A stretch of DNA of 64,000 bases, taken from contig CP070758.1 in NCBI GenBank assembly GCA_020348925.1, positions 1,665,160-1,729,159 of the forward strand. Direction: 5' to 3'. Shown here piece after piece: positions 51,911 to 61,649 of the stretch. Below the pieces are notes generated by a model. It saw only the letters and a list, made by a program, of their open reading frames with translations, did not search any database and was not told where the DNA came from. A program made the translations under genes and the position numbers. How positions within the stretch are numbered: position 1 is the stretch's first letter; every line of letters starts with the position of its first letter. This stretch comes from Gemmatimonadota bacterium. GTDB taxonomy: Bacteria; JBHIER01; G020348925.

Positions 51911-52624
51911 ATGATGAATGACGAACAGAAAAATCAAAAGGACGTTCATGTGACAACCGCATCGAGGCGTCTCTACCGCTCTCAACGAGGAAAAATGATT
52001 GGGGGGGTGTGTGGTGGCATCGCCGAATATTTTCGGATCGATCCCACTCTCGTCCGTATTGCTTTTGTTGTTCTGGCCTTCGCCGGTGGTTGGGGAATTG
52101 TGGCATACATCATAGGGTTGGTTATTATCCCAGAGAATCCTGAAAAGGTCGAGGAGGACGTCAAACGAGAGGGATCTGAGGAATCGGAAGTCAGGGGCGC
52201 GGGTACCGTGTGGGGGGTAGTATTCATTCTGGCCGGTCTCATTCTCCTCTTAATCAATTATGACATGTTGCCCTGGCAGATGTGGAGATATTGGTACTTC
52301 CCGTGGAAACTCTTCTGGCCTTTTGTCATCATTATGATCGGAGTTATCCTTCTTCTTTTCCGGTCAAAGGGAAAAACGGATCCCGAGGAGAGCGAGCCAC
52401 ATTCTGGGAGAGGCCGGAACAGAAAACTCACGCGATCAAAAAGAGAACGGATGATTGGAGGCGTCTGTGGGGGCTTAGGCTTGTATTTTCGTCTTGATCC
52501 GGCCATCGTTCGTTTCCTCTGGGCCATCGGTACGATCGTATCCCACGGACTTGGCATCATTGCCTATATTCTGTTGCTCATTGTCTTGCCGGAAGAGGAG
52601 GTTCAGACTGAGCCAGAAGCGTGA
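51911..52624 (+). CDS. membrane protein with two PspC domains
   Basis: RSQRGKMIGGVCGGIAEYF and RSKRERMIGGVCGGLGLYF, each followed by a TM helix, flank a central membrane region. Confidence 0.7.
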   Translation: MMNDEQKNQKDVHVTTASRRLYRSQRGKMIGGVCGGIAEYFRIDPTLVRIAFVVLAFAGGWGIVAYIIGLVIIPENPEKVEEDVKREGSEESEVRGAGTVWGVVFILAGLILLLINYDMLPWQMWRYWYFPWKLFWPFVIIMIGVILLLFRSKGKTDPEESEPHSGRGRNRKLTRSKRERMIGGVCGGLGLYFRLDPAIVRFLWAIGTIVSHGLGIIAYILLLIVLPEEEVQTEPEA

Positions 52625-52641
52625 CTTCAGGGAGTATGATT

Positions 52642-53208
52642 ATGAGTACGAATACAGAACGCAAGAACGAGAACACAGCACCATGTTGTTCAAAAGTTGA
52701 AAACTCGGGGCCCAAAAGACGCAGTCTCTTTCCCGCTCTCTTTCTCATTTTTATTGGGAGTTTATTTCTCCTCCGCAGCTTTGACATCATTCGTTGGCAC
52801 GATGTGTGGCCCATTCTGCTCTTCGGTGTTGGAGTATTGCTCTTTTGTTCGGCATTTGGGAAAAAGGATAGGGGAGCAGTATTCCCGGGAACAATACTCG
52901 TTTTCATTGGTGCCTTCTTCTATTTGTGGAAAAATTATTATCTGCCGTGGTATATGGATGAACTGTGGCCTGTTTTTCCTCTTATCGTGGGCCTTGCTTT
53001 TTTCGTACTCTTTCTCTTCTCACCGAGAGAATGGGGCGTTTTAATCCCCGCCGCCATGCTCACGTTTGTCAGTGCTATTTTCTTTTTGAATAACTTCGGG
53101 ACAATTCCTTGGTCGGCGTGGGCATTGATCGGTAGGACATGGCCAATTGTTCTCATTGTTATTGGGGTTCTTATCCTCGTGAGTCATACCCGCAAGCGTG
53201 CACCGTAG
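52642..53208 (+). CDS. polytopic membrane protein (LiaF-N/DUF-type, PspC-associated)
   Basis: Five or six predicted TM helices. SD AGGGAG 7 nt before the ATG at 52642. The ORF track start GTG 52621 overlaps the pspC-like stop. Confidence 0.55.
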   Translation: MSTNTERKNENTAPCCSKVENSGPKRRSLFPALFLIFIGSLFLLRSFDIIRWHDVWPILLFGVGVLLFCSAFGKKDRGAVFPGTILVFIGAFFYLWKNYYLPWYMDELWPVFPLIVGLAFFVLFLFSPREWGVLIPAAMLTFVSAIFFLNNFGTIPWSAWALIGRTWPIVLIVIGVLILVSHTRKRAP

Positions 53209-53283
53209 CAATCGTACCTCAGGGCACACTTTGCTCACACCAGTTGAGTGCACTGTAAGAGCATTTATTCGATGCTGAGAGGA

Positions 53284-53949
53284 CTATGGCAGCAGACTTT
53301 TCTCCTTCAGACTCAGAAAACTGCGTTCCGAAACAATCACATGGTCCAGAACTTCAATACCCATCATTTCACCCGCTTTGACCATTCGTTTCGTCAATTG
53401 AACATCATCGTTACTCGGTGAGGTATCACCTGAGGGATGATTGTGAACGAGGATAATGCTTGCAGCGGAGTGCATGACTGCCGGCTGAAAGACCTCCCGT
53501 GGATGCACAATATTTGCATTGAGCGTTCCGACGGACACGATCTCTTTGTGGATCAATTGATTTCTTGCGTTCAAATAGAGGACGACAAAATGCTCCCTTT
53601 TCAATCGACGGATATCAACGACTTCATCCGCAACATCCTTTGACTTTTTAATCGTTGGGAGTGTATCTTGATCGATGGCAAAAGCCCGCTTACTCAGTTC
53701 GAAGGCAGCTTTGATGGTACACGCCTTCGCAGGGCCGATCCCTTTCACCGCTCTCATTTTTTCCAGGGGAGTTTTGGTCAGCGTCTGAAGAGGATATTCG
53801 GAGAGAATGCGACGGGCAATATCCAATACATTTTTCCCCTCGCATCCGACTCGTAAGAGAATAGCCAGCAGCTCATAATCTTTGAGAGCCTCAGGCCCCT
53901 TTTCCATGAGCCGTTCCCGCGGTTTCTTCACCCGCGGCATGTCTCTCAT
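53284..53949 (-). CDS. radC: RadC-family JAB-domain protein
   Basis: N-terminal HhH region (PRERLMEKGPEAL) and the JAMM motif HNHPSGDTSPSNDD. Confidence 0.8.
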   Translation of the reverse strand: MRDMPRVKKPRERLMEKGPEALKDYELLAILLRVGCEGKNVLDIARRILSEYPLQTLTKTPLEKMRAVKGIGPAKACTIKAAFELSKRAFAIDQDTLPTIKKSKDVADEVVDIRRLKREHFVVLYLNARNQLIHKEIVSVGTLNANIVHPREVFQPAVMHSAASIILVHNHPSGDTSPSNDDVQLTKRMVKAGEMMGIEVLDHVIVSERSFLSLKEKSLLP

Positions 53950-53986
53950 TTTGGAATGACCAATTTTGCCCATCAAGATTGGGTTG

Positions 53987-55345
53987 TTACGCGGAGGATA
54001 TTTTTCCTCGGAACTGTGCCAAACGAGAAAGAAGTGTATCGATGTCTTCCACGGTTCGTTTCTCTGTTACAGCGATGGACAGGCAATCATCGAGCCCGAT
54101 TTTAAAGCGATCGAGGTCAATACCTGCAAATATTCCCTGCTCGGCAAGCGTGTTGACAATTTCTCCCGGAGGTTTCGGAGTCTTGACCACAAATTCTTTG
54201 AAGAATGGCGAGGTAAATCTTCGTCCGAATCCGCCGAGTTCCTCAAGTTTTTCAAGAGTGTAATGGCTTTTTTGAAGACTGAGTTCGGCCACTTTTCGAA
54301 GCCCCTCTTTCCCTAACAGAGAGAGGTACACCACCCCTGCCAGCGCGTTCAACGCTTCATTCGTACAAATGTTTGATGTCGCCTTCTCTCGGCGAATGTG
54401 CTGTTCACGGGTTTGAAGGGTCATGACGAACCCGCGTTGCCCCTTGCCGTCCGCTGTTGTTCCTACGATCCTTCCGGGTATCCTTCGAATGAGGTTCTTT
54501 GTGGTCGTTAAAAAGCCAAAAGATGGACCGCCGAAGCTTAGAGGATTCCCCAATGCTTGGCCTTCACCCACACAGATATCGGCTCCGTAAGTTCCGGGAG
54601 GCTTCAAAAGTCCCAGTGAGATGGGGTCTACGGCAGAGACGAACAAAGCCCCTACCCGATGGACGTGGCGTTCTATTTCGTCCATGGGTTCGAGGTAGCC
54701 GAAGAAGTTGGGGTGCTGAATGAGACAACATGCTGTCTCGTCGGAAAGGGCTTTTTGAAGTTTCTCAATATCTGTAACACCGTCGCCATAATCGATTTTT
54801 CGAATTACGAATCCCAAATTACGACCGTATGTCTCGAGAACGCTCGCATAAAAGGGGTTGAGCGTGTGAGAAACGACCATCTCATTGCGCCGCGTCGCAT
54901 AATGGGCTAAAAGTGCGGCCTCGGCCAAGGCTGAGGCTCCGTCATACAGAGATGCGTTGGAAACATCCATGTCTGTGAGCTGGCACATGACTGACTGATA
55001 TTCGTAAATGGCTTGAAGGGTACCCTGACTCACTTCGGCTTGATAGGGAGTGTAGGCGGTATAGAATTCGGACCGGCGAATCATATGATGTACTGCTCGC
55101 GGAAGTGCATGATCGTAGACACCGCCGCCAAGAAAAGAGATGGTATGGTCAAGATCTCTGTTACGCTCAGCCAATTGTGACAGGAGACGGCTTACTTGCA
55201 ACTCAGAAATGCCTTCAGGGAGATCCAGTGCGGATGTGAGAAGAACCTCGTCAGGAATACACGCGATAAGTTCATCAAATGAAGAAACATCAGTGGATTC
55301 TAACATGTGGCGTCGAATTTCTGCGGTGTTCGGAACAAATGACAC
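53987..55345 (-). CDS. gcvPA: glycine dehydrogenase (decarboxylating) subunit 1
   Basis: 452 aa, conserved YTPYQAEVSQG and the N-terminal half-P-protein fold. Confidence 0.9.
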   Translation of the reverse strand: MSFVPNTAEIRRHMLESTDVSSFDELIACIPDEVLLTSALDLPEGISELQVSRLLSQLAERNRDLDHTISFLGGGVYDHALPRAVHHMIRRSEFYTAYTPYQAEVSQGTLQAIYEYQSVMCQLTDMDVSNASLYDGASALAEAALLAHYATRRNEMVVSHTLNPFYASVLETYGRNLGFVIRKIDYGDGVTDIEKLQKALSDETACCLIQHPNFFGYLEPMDEIERHVHRVGALFVSAVDPISLGLLKPPGTYGADICVGEGQALGNPLSFGGPSFGFLTTTKNLIRRIPGRIVGTTADGKGQRGFVMTLQTREQHIRREKATSNICTNEALNALAGVVYLSLLGKEGLRKVAELSLQKSHYTLEKLEELGGFGRRFTSPFFKEFVVKTPKPPGEIVNTLAEQGIFAGIDLDRFKIGLDDCLSIAVTEKRTVEDIDTLLSRLAQFRGKISSA

Positions 55346-55346
55346 A

Positions 55347-55727
55347 CTATCCTCCTATCAAGTCTTTGTACTGGCCAGCGGAAAGCAGATCCTCCAATTC
55401 AGATTCGTCACGTACTTTGATTTTTATCATCCACCCGTTGCCGTATGGGTCGGAGTTGATCTGTTCCGGCTCATCCTCCAAAGACGTATTCACTTCAATG
55501 ACCTCCCCCGATAGAGGAGCGTAGAGGTCGGAAACTGCTTTCACGGCTTCAATCGTTCCGAACGGCTCTGTTTGTCTCACTTCACTGCCAACTTCAGGAA
55601 GTTCGATAAAAACAATATCTCCCAGCTCGCTCTGAGCATAATCGGTGATTCCAACGGTAGCAATGTCCTCCTCGAAGGCAATCCATTCGTGCTCTTTTGT
55701 ATACAGAAAATCCTCTTGAATGTCCAT
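55347..55727 (-). CDS. gcvH: glycine cleavage system H protein
   Basis: Lipoyl-lysine motif EAVKAVSDLYAPLSGEV, 126 aa. Confidence 0.92.
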   Translation of the reverse strand: MDIQEDFLYTKEHEWIAFEEDIATVGITDYAQSELGDIVFIELPEVGSEVRQTEPFGTIEAVKAVSDLYAPLSGEVIEVNTSLEDEPEQINSDPYGNGWMIKIKVRDESELEDLLSAGQYKDLIGG

Positions 55728-55761
55728 GAGTTCCTCCTTGAAAGAAATGTGTGTGTGAACG

Positions 55762-57117
55762 TCAAGGCGTGTTGCTTGTTGCGATCAGTTCCTCGACAAA
55801 GCCAGTGTGAACGTCACCTCTTTGAAAGCGTTCGTTGTGAATCATTTTTTGATGGAAGGATTTTGTTGTCGGAATCCCTTCAATCACCAACTCTTCTAAG
55901 GCCCGCTCCATGCTGTTTATAGCTTCCGGACGGGTTTTTCCAAAAGTGATCACTTTGGCTAAGAGTGAGTCGTAATACGGCGGGACTTGATAGTGAGCAT
56001 AGACATGGGTATCAACTCGGACACCCGGTCCCCCTGGGACATGAAAAGTGGTGATTGTGCCTGGCGCGGGTTGAAATCCCTTATCAGGATCCTCTGCATT
56101 GATCCGACATTCAATGGCATGACCTTGGAGAACGATATCGCTCTGAGTACAGGCCAGGTGTTCACCGGCGGCCAGTCGTATCTGTTCCTTGATCAAGTCC
56201 ATGCCAATGACCATCTCAGTCACCGGATGTTCGACTTGAATGCGTGTATTCATCTCCATGAAATAAAATTCTTTTTTTGAATCCAACAGGAATTCAACGG
56301 TTCCGGTACTCTGGTAGTGAATACTTTGGGCCCCACGAATTGCTGATTCTCCGAGTCGCTGTCGTAACGGCTCATCAACGGCTGGTGACGGCGCTTCTTC
56401 CAACAGCTTTTGATATCGTCGTTGAAGGGAGCAATCGCGTTCACAAAGGTGAACGATGTTATTGAATTCATCACCGATAATTTGAATCTCAATGTGCCGC
56501 GGATTTTCAATCCAGCGCTCCAGGTACAATTCCGAATTGCGAAAAGCCACTTCGGCCTCAGCTTTTGCCGTATGAAAACTATGTTCGAGTTCACCTTCTG
56601 AGCGGACGATCCGCATGCCGCGTCCTCCTCCTCCTCCGGAGGCCTTCACAATGACGGGGTACCCTATTGTGTGGGCTACCTTTCGGGCCTCTCTGACATT
56701 CGATACGGGTCCCTCGCTGCCGGGGACAACCGGGACACCGGCAGCAGCCATGATTTTTCTGGCCGTGACTTTATCACCCATTTGGCGTAGGATGTTGGAG
56801 GAAGGTCCAATAAATTTGATGTCGCAGGATTCGCAGATTTCAGCGAAGCGAGCATTTTCTGCCAGGAACCCATACCCAGGATGGATGGCGTCAACATTCG
56901 CTACTTCAGCCGCGCTGATAATAGCGGGGATATTCAGATAACTCTGATTGCTGGGGCCCGGTCCAATGCAGACGTCTTCGTCGGCGAAGCGGACGTGCAG
57001 CGAATCGACATCAGGCTCAGAATAGATTGCCACTGTGGCAATGTTTAACTCCTTGCACGCCCGGATAATGCGCAGTGCGATTTCACCGCGGTTCGCTATG
57101 AGAATTTTTTGAAACAC
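55762..57117 (-). CDS. accC: acetyl-CoA carboxylase biotin carboxylase subunit
   Basis: KILIANRGEIALRI, the ATP-grasp domain and EMNTRIQVEHPVTE. Confidence 0.95.
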   Translation of the reverse strand: MFQKILIANRGEIALRIIRACKELNIATVAIYSEPDVDSLHVRFADEDVCIGPGPSNQSYLNIPAIISAAEVANVDAIHPGYGFLAENARFAEICESCDIKFIGPSSNILRQMGDKVTARKIMAAAGVPVVPGSEGPVSNVREARKVAHTIGYPVIVKASGGGGGRGMRIVRSEGELEHSFHTAKAEAEVAFRNSELYLERWIENPRHIEIQIIGDEFNNIVHLCERDCSLQRRYQKLLEEAPSPAVDEPLRQRLGESAIRGAQSIHYQSTGTVEFLLDSKKEFYFMEMNTRIQVEHPVTEMVIGMDLIKEQIRLAAGEHLACTQSDIVLQGHAIECRINAEDPDKGFQPAPGTITTFHVPGGPGVRVDTHVYAHYQVPPYYDSLLAKVITFGKTRPEAINSMERALEELVIEGIPTTKSFHQKMIHNERFQRGDVHTGFVEELIATSNTP

Positions 57118-57172
57118 CTTCTCCTTAGGACGGTCAGATTATGAATTCATCACAAGGCGAGGATTCTTATCC

Positions 57173-58276
57173 TCACGTTTCAAATGAACGACGGGTTTGA
57201 TAGTCGATGCCCTGAATCCCTTTGATGCGCAAATCGAAATCGGCGGGATTCGTGCAGTTTGCTTTCGCCACCTCGTAGCCAATGAGCCCCTCCTGATACA
57301 ACGTCATGATGTTTTGATCGAAAGATTGCATACCATAGGCAATCGTCCCCTCTTCAATCAAAGTCGAGATTTGATGCGTTTTGGAACTGTCACGAATGTA
57401 ATCTCGAATGAGACCAGTGCAGACCATCACTTCCACGGCAGGGACAAGACCGATGGCATCTGAACGAGGGAGCAATCTCATGGCAACGATGGCTTCCAGT
57501 GTATCGGCCAAGAGATTCCGAATCTGCTGATTTTCATGTGGAGGATAGAACGAGAGAGAGCGGTCAATGGTCTGAGCAGCATCCAGCGTATGGAGCGTAC
57601 AAAAGACGAGATGGCCGGTTTCGGCAGCCATCAGAGCTATTGACATTGTCTCCACATCTCGAATCTCTCCGATCAGGATCACGTCTGGATCTTGACGAAG
57701 GATGTATCTCAGTCCGGAATGAAAAGAATCGGTATCCAATCCGACCTCCCGCTGGGCGATGATGGCTTCTTTGTCTGTAAACACATACTCTATGGGATCT
57801 TCAATAGCAATGATGTTCACTGGGGCATGGTTATTAATGTGTTCGATCATCGCTGCCAGCGTCGTTGTCTTCCCACTGCCGGCTGTGCCGGTTACGATGA
57901 TCAATCCACGTTTTCGCATGGCAAGATCCAAAAGAATGGGCGGGAGGTGAAGATCTTCAAATTTTGGGATAACGTGAGACACATAGCGAAGGCTTAACGC
58001 TTTCACTCCCATATGCTGATAGGCGTTAACCCGAAACCTTCCCAATCCTTCCAAACTGATAGCAAAATCATATTCGTTACTTTTCTCCAAGTGGTTGCGG
58101 TGCCGTTCATCGACAGTCTCAGCGATAAACGTCTCGATATCTTTCTCGGTCAGACGTGGAAGGTCGAGTTTCTTAAGTATATCAGCGATCCTAAGGACAG
58201 GAGGCGATCCTGGTCGAAGATGCAAATCAGAGGCGTTCGCCTCGACAGTTTTTTGTAATAGTTCAATAGCATTCAT
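57173..58276 (-). CDS. pilT: PilT-family type IV pilus retraction (twitching motility) ATPase
   Basis: ASDLHL, Walker A GTAGSGKTT, Asp box, the His box and the ...AHLVF...TLHT motif. Confidence 0.85.
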   Translation of the reverse strand: MNAIELLQKTVEANASDLHLRPGSPPVLRIADILKKLDLPRLTEKDIETFIAETVDERHRNHLEKSNEYDFAISLEGLGRFRVNAYQHMGVKALSLRYVSHVIPKFEDLHLPPILLDLAMRKRGLIIVTGTAGSGKTTTLAAMIEHINNHAPVNIIAIEDPIEYVFTDKEAIIAQREVGLDTDSFHSGLRYILRQDPDVILIGEIRDVETMSIALMAAETGHLVFCTLHTLDAAQTIDRSLSFYPPHENQQIRNLLADTLEAIVAMRLLPRSDAIGLVPAVEVMVCTGLIRDYIRDSSKTHQISTLIEEGTIAYGMQSFDQNIMTLYQEGLIGYEVAKANCTNPADFDLRIKGIQGIDYQTRRSFET

Positions 58277-58294
58277 GGCTCAACATCTCTCAAT

Positions 58295-58747
58295 TTAAAT
58301 GGATTCCAAAAGAAACAGTGGTTGATTATACTCAACCGGTTGCCCGTTCTCGATGAGAATTTTAACAATACGCCCTTCAATCTCGGATTCAATTTCGTTC
58401 ATCAATTTCATTGCCTCGACAATACACACCGTCTGGCCGGGTTTGACAATGTCGTTTACTTCAACGAATGGGGTCGCATCTGGAGCAGGTGCTCGATAGA
58501 AGGTCCCGACCATGGGAGAGACGATGTGAAGTGCACCAGGTTCCGTGGTTGATGGTTCGGTTTTGAGTGCAAACTGAGTTTCTGGTTGGGCACTGTTGGG
58601 AGAATGTGGTTCTGATGGTCGTTCCGACGACGCGGGAATAACACCTTTTCGGATGCGAACTCGCTTTCCCCAGCGGGAAATTTCAAGTTCGCTGATATCG
58701 CTTTCCTCGACGATTTTGATCAGCTTTTTAATTTCTTTTTCTTTCAC
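58295..58747 (-). CDS. accB: acetyl-CoA carboxylase biotin carboxyl carrier protein
   Basis: Biotinyl motif [11 protein letters not shown] chose the GTG at 58747, which has a GAGG SD 7 nt upstream. The ORF track start is at 58777. Confidence 0.85.
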   Translation of the reverse strand: MKEKEIKKLIKIVEESDISELEISRWGKRVRIRKGVIPASSERPSEPHSPNSAQPETQFALKTEPSTTEPGALHIVSPMVGTFYRAPAPDATPFVEVNDIVKPGQTVCIVEAMKLMNEIESEIEGRIVKILIENGQPVEYNQPLFLLESI

Positions 58748-58782
58748 AATGCACCCTCGACACGTTGTGTGAATCACATTGA

Positions 58783-59343
58783 TCAGGTGACCCGTTCGAT
58801 GTATTCATTTTTCCTTGTCTCAACTTTTAAAGTGTCACCGACATCAATAAACAGTGGAACCTGAATGACGGCTCCGGTTTCAAGCGTAGCCGGTTTCGTT
58901 CCTCCTGTGGCCGTATCACCTCGCACGCCGGGATCCGTAGCCGCCACCGTCAGTTGGACGAAGAAAGGAAGCTCAACCGCAATGGGAGAATCTTCATACA
59001 TGAGGACAGAGATCTCGAGTCCTTCTTTCAAATATTTCTTTGCGTTCCCCATGGTGCTTTGGGAAATGGGAATCTGTTCGTAGGTCCTCGGATCCATGAC
59101 GTAGTACATATCTCCAGATGCGTACAAATATTGCATCGTGCGCCGCTCAACCCGCGCCTCCTCCGTCCGCTCTCCTGCACGGAATGTCTTATCAATCACT
59201 TTCCCGGTAACCACACCCTTCAATTTTGTCCGAACAAAGGCACCGCCTTTCCCCGGCTTCACATGCTGAAATTCAATGATTGTATACAAGGTTCCATCCA
59301 AAACAATAACCATTCCATTTCGAAAATCAGCCGTCGTTGCCAT
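58783..59343 (-). CDS. efp: elongation factor P
   Basis: 186 aa, [14 protein letters not shown] loop region with the modifiable Lys. Confidence 0.92.
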   Translation of the reverse strand: MATTADFRNGMVIVLDGTLYTIIEFQHVKPGKGGAFVRTKLKGVVTGKVIDKTFRAGERTEEARVERRTMQYLYASGDMYYVMDPRTYEQIPISQSTMGNAKKYLKEGLEISVLMYEDSPIAVELPFFVQLTVAATDPGVRGDTATGGTKPATLETGAVIQVPLFIDVGDTLKVETRKNEYIERVT

Positions 59344-59977
59344 GGTCTCCTCCCGTTTTCGTCATCTTCAATTCCTCCTCCAATTCGGTGATCCTGTGCA
59401 AAACGTCCTCTTTGTCTGGGGCGCGTTCCAGAAGACGGCGAAGCACAGTGATGGCTCGTTCAGTCAAACCCTGGGAAGCGTAAATATCGGCCAAGGTGGG
59501 CGTAACGATTGAAGCTTCCGGCGATGTCCTGCCCTCGTCTCCAGCACGATCGTCCGTGAGCTTGGTAACATTATCTCCTGTATGGTGTTGAAGCTGAACA
59601 ATGCGTTCTCGAGCAGCCTCATTGTACGGATCAAGTTGGAGAACCCTCTGGTAGGCATTAAGGGCTTGCTCAAAGTTTTTTTGCTCAACATAGATGTCAC
59701 CGAGATGATACAGAACAGCCATGTGTTCCGGATCAAGTTCCAAAACGTGTTCACATTCCCGAATGGCTTGCTCCAGAAGTCCTACTTTAAAATAACACGC
59801 AGCCATAATCATGTGGCCGGTTGCGTAGTCAGAGTGATGGGAAAGCCCTTGTTCGCAGATTTGAATAGCCTGATTCACTTTATCCGCCTTCAGATACGCG
59901 CCGGCCACCCGGGCAAACACCAAGGATCCAGGATGGGCATCCAATTTTCCCAGAAGTGTGTCAATCTCACTGTTCAC
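59327..59977 (-). CDS. TPR-repeat protein
   Basis: Four or five TPR motifs (AACYFKVGLLEQAI... / ALNAYQRVLQLDP). Overlaps efp by 17 nt. Confidence 0.6.
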   Translation of the reverse strand: MNSEIDTLLGKLDAHPGSLVFARVAGAYLKADKVNQAIQICEQGLSHHSDYATGHMIMAACYFKVGLLEQAIRECEHVLELDPEHMAVLYHLGDIYVEQKNFEQALNAYQRVLQLDPYNEAARERIVQLQHHTGDNVTKLTDDRAGDEGRTSPEASIVTPTLADIYASQGLTERAITVLRRLLERAPDKEDVLHRITELEEELKMTKTGGDHGNDG

Positions 59978-59992
59978 AAACTTCTCGATTTC

Positions 59993-61006
59993 TCAACACG
60001 ATTCCTTCCGTTCCTGAACCGCAAGTTTCATCTCTCGTGAGAGCTCTTCTTTGACCACTGGGAAAATACCCAATTCAGCACAAACGATGCCCGAGGCATG
60101 GTTTGCCATGGTGGCAGCCTCCGTTATGGAAGCCCCCGCCGCATGGGCCACTGTGAGGACGCCAATGGCCGTGTCTCCCGCACCTGAAACATCATAGACT
60201 TCTTTTGCCCGTGTTGGAATATGAGTAACCTTTCCCTTTCGATCGAAGAGGGCCATGCCCTGCTCGCCCCGTGTAATGAGAAGATATGAGCATTGGAGCC
60301 GCTTTAAAATTTTCTCGCCCGCCTTTTGAAGTTGTCTTTCATCCTCGATCTTGAATCCCAAGGCATTTTCTACTTCTCTCTGATTGGGCTTGAATACCGT
60401 TGCTCCGCCAAAGGAAAAAAAGTGATCGAATTTCGGATCAACAGCCAAGATCTTCCTGTATTGCTGGGCCAGTCCTGTTACCTGTTTGATAAGATCTTTC
60501 GTAATGGTTCCTTTATTGTAGTCTTGAATAAGAAGAGCGTCGGCTTTGTGGGCCAACCTCCGTATCACATCGATTGTCTGCTGTTCAATTTTTTTACTGA
60601 TACGCTTCTTTGATTCCCGATCAGTACGCAGGACCTGTTGGTGATGAGCAATGATTCGAGTTTTGATCGTTGTTGGCCGGGACTCATCGATAATGATGCC
60701 ATCTGTTGACATGTGATGGATCTTCATCTCGTCCAGAAATCGTCTCCCGTACCCATCGTTCCCTATAACGCCCACAAGCCAGGGTTCCGCTCCCAGCGAG
60801 CGAATGTTGTTGGCCACATTGGCCGCGCCTCCGAGTCGAATCGACTCGGAACCGATGTCCACGACAGGCACGGGGGCTTCCGGTGAAATGCGATTGACCG
60901 TTCCCCAACAGTATTGATCAAGCATAATGTCGCCGATGACGAGGATCCTCTGCTCTTGAATAGCGGCGAGAATCTCTTTCACTCTGTTCCAAGGTATTAC
61001 GGTCAC
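59993..61006 (-). CDS. D-glycero-beta-D-manno-heptose-7-phosphate kinase (RfaE domain I / HldA-like)
   Basis: PfkB-type kinase with the ILVIGDIMLD N-terminus and GAGDT near the C-terminus. Only 337 aa, so there is no adenylyltransferase domain. Confidence 0.8.
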   Translation of the reverse strand: MTVIPWNRVKEILAAIQEQRILVIGDIMLDQYCWGTVNRISPEAPVPVVDIGSESIRLGGAANVANNIRSLGAEPWLVGVIGNDGYGRRFLDEMKIHHMSTDGIIIDESRPTTIKTRIIAHHQQVLRTDRESKKRISKKIEQQTIDVIRRLAHKADALLIQDYNKGTITKDLIKQVTGLAQQYRKILAVDPKFDHFFSFGGATVFKPNQREVENALGFKIEDERQLQKAGEKILKRLQCSYLLITRGEQGMALFDRKGKVTHIPTRAKEVYDVSGAGDTAIGVLTVAHAAGASITEAATMANHASGIVCAELGIFPVVKEELSREMKLAVQERKESC

Positions 61007-61305
61007 TGAAAAACCTCCTCGGTATAAGTCTCAGAAAAACCAGATTCGAAACAAATATTACCCAAAAATGTTATGAAAGTCAAGGGAAAATTCAAAATTA
61101 TCCTTGACTTTTTTGGGGAGTGCTTCCATATTTAGTTTTTGAGAAATGAATACGCTTGCCGGCTTCACTCACTCATCAGGATCCACAAAGTCCGGTTGGT
61201 TCCGTGTCAGAGCAAGCGTACTTCGCAACGACGTGAGGAACGGAACACGGCGTAAGTTCTTTGAAAGCGCTCATGCTCCACGGTAAGCTACATGGAGGTC
61301 CAGTG

Positions 61306-61611
61306 ATGAATCAGGCTCAAAAACAGATCAATATTGAACTTGGCGAAAAAGAATCGGAAGGGATTTACTCCAACTTGGCCCTTATTAGTCATTCCCCTTC
61401 CGAATTCATTATCGATTTCGCGCGCGTCCTCCCGGGAACACCGAAAAGTAAGGTGTACGCTCGTATTGTCATGACGCCACAACATATCAAAATGCTTCAA
61501 AATGCTCTCGAGGAGAACGTCAAAAAATATGAAAATAGATTTGGCAACATCAAACTCCTCGGGAAAAACGAGGGGAAAGACATTGGGTTTCAAGTTAAGA
61601 AAGCGGAGTAA
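61306..61611 (+). CDS. DUF3467-like small protein
   Basis: About 100 aa with the conserved YSNLALISHSPSEFIIDF core. Start ambiguous (61261 or 61306). Confidence 0.5.
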   Translation: MNQAQKQINIELGEKESEGIYSNLALISHSPSEFIIDFARVLPGTPKSKVYARIVMTPQHIKMLQNALEENVKKYENRFGNIKLLGKNEGKDIGFQVKKAE

Positions 61612-61649
61612 GGCTTCTCTTTGCCCACGATCATTTCCGACGGAGTTTT

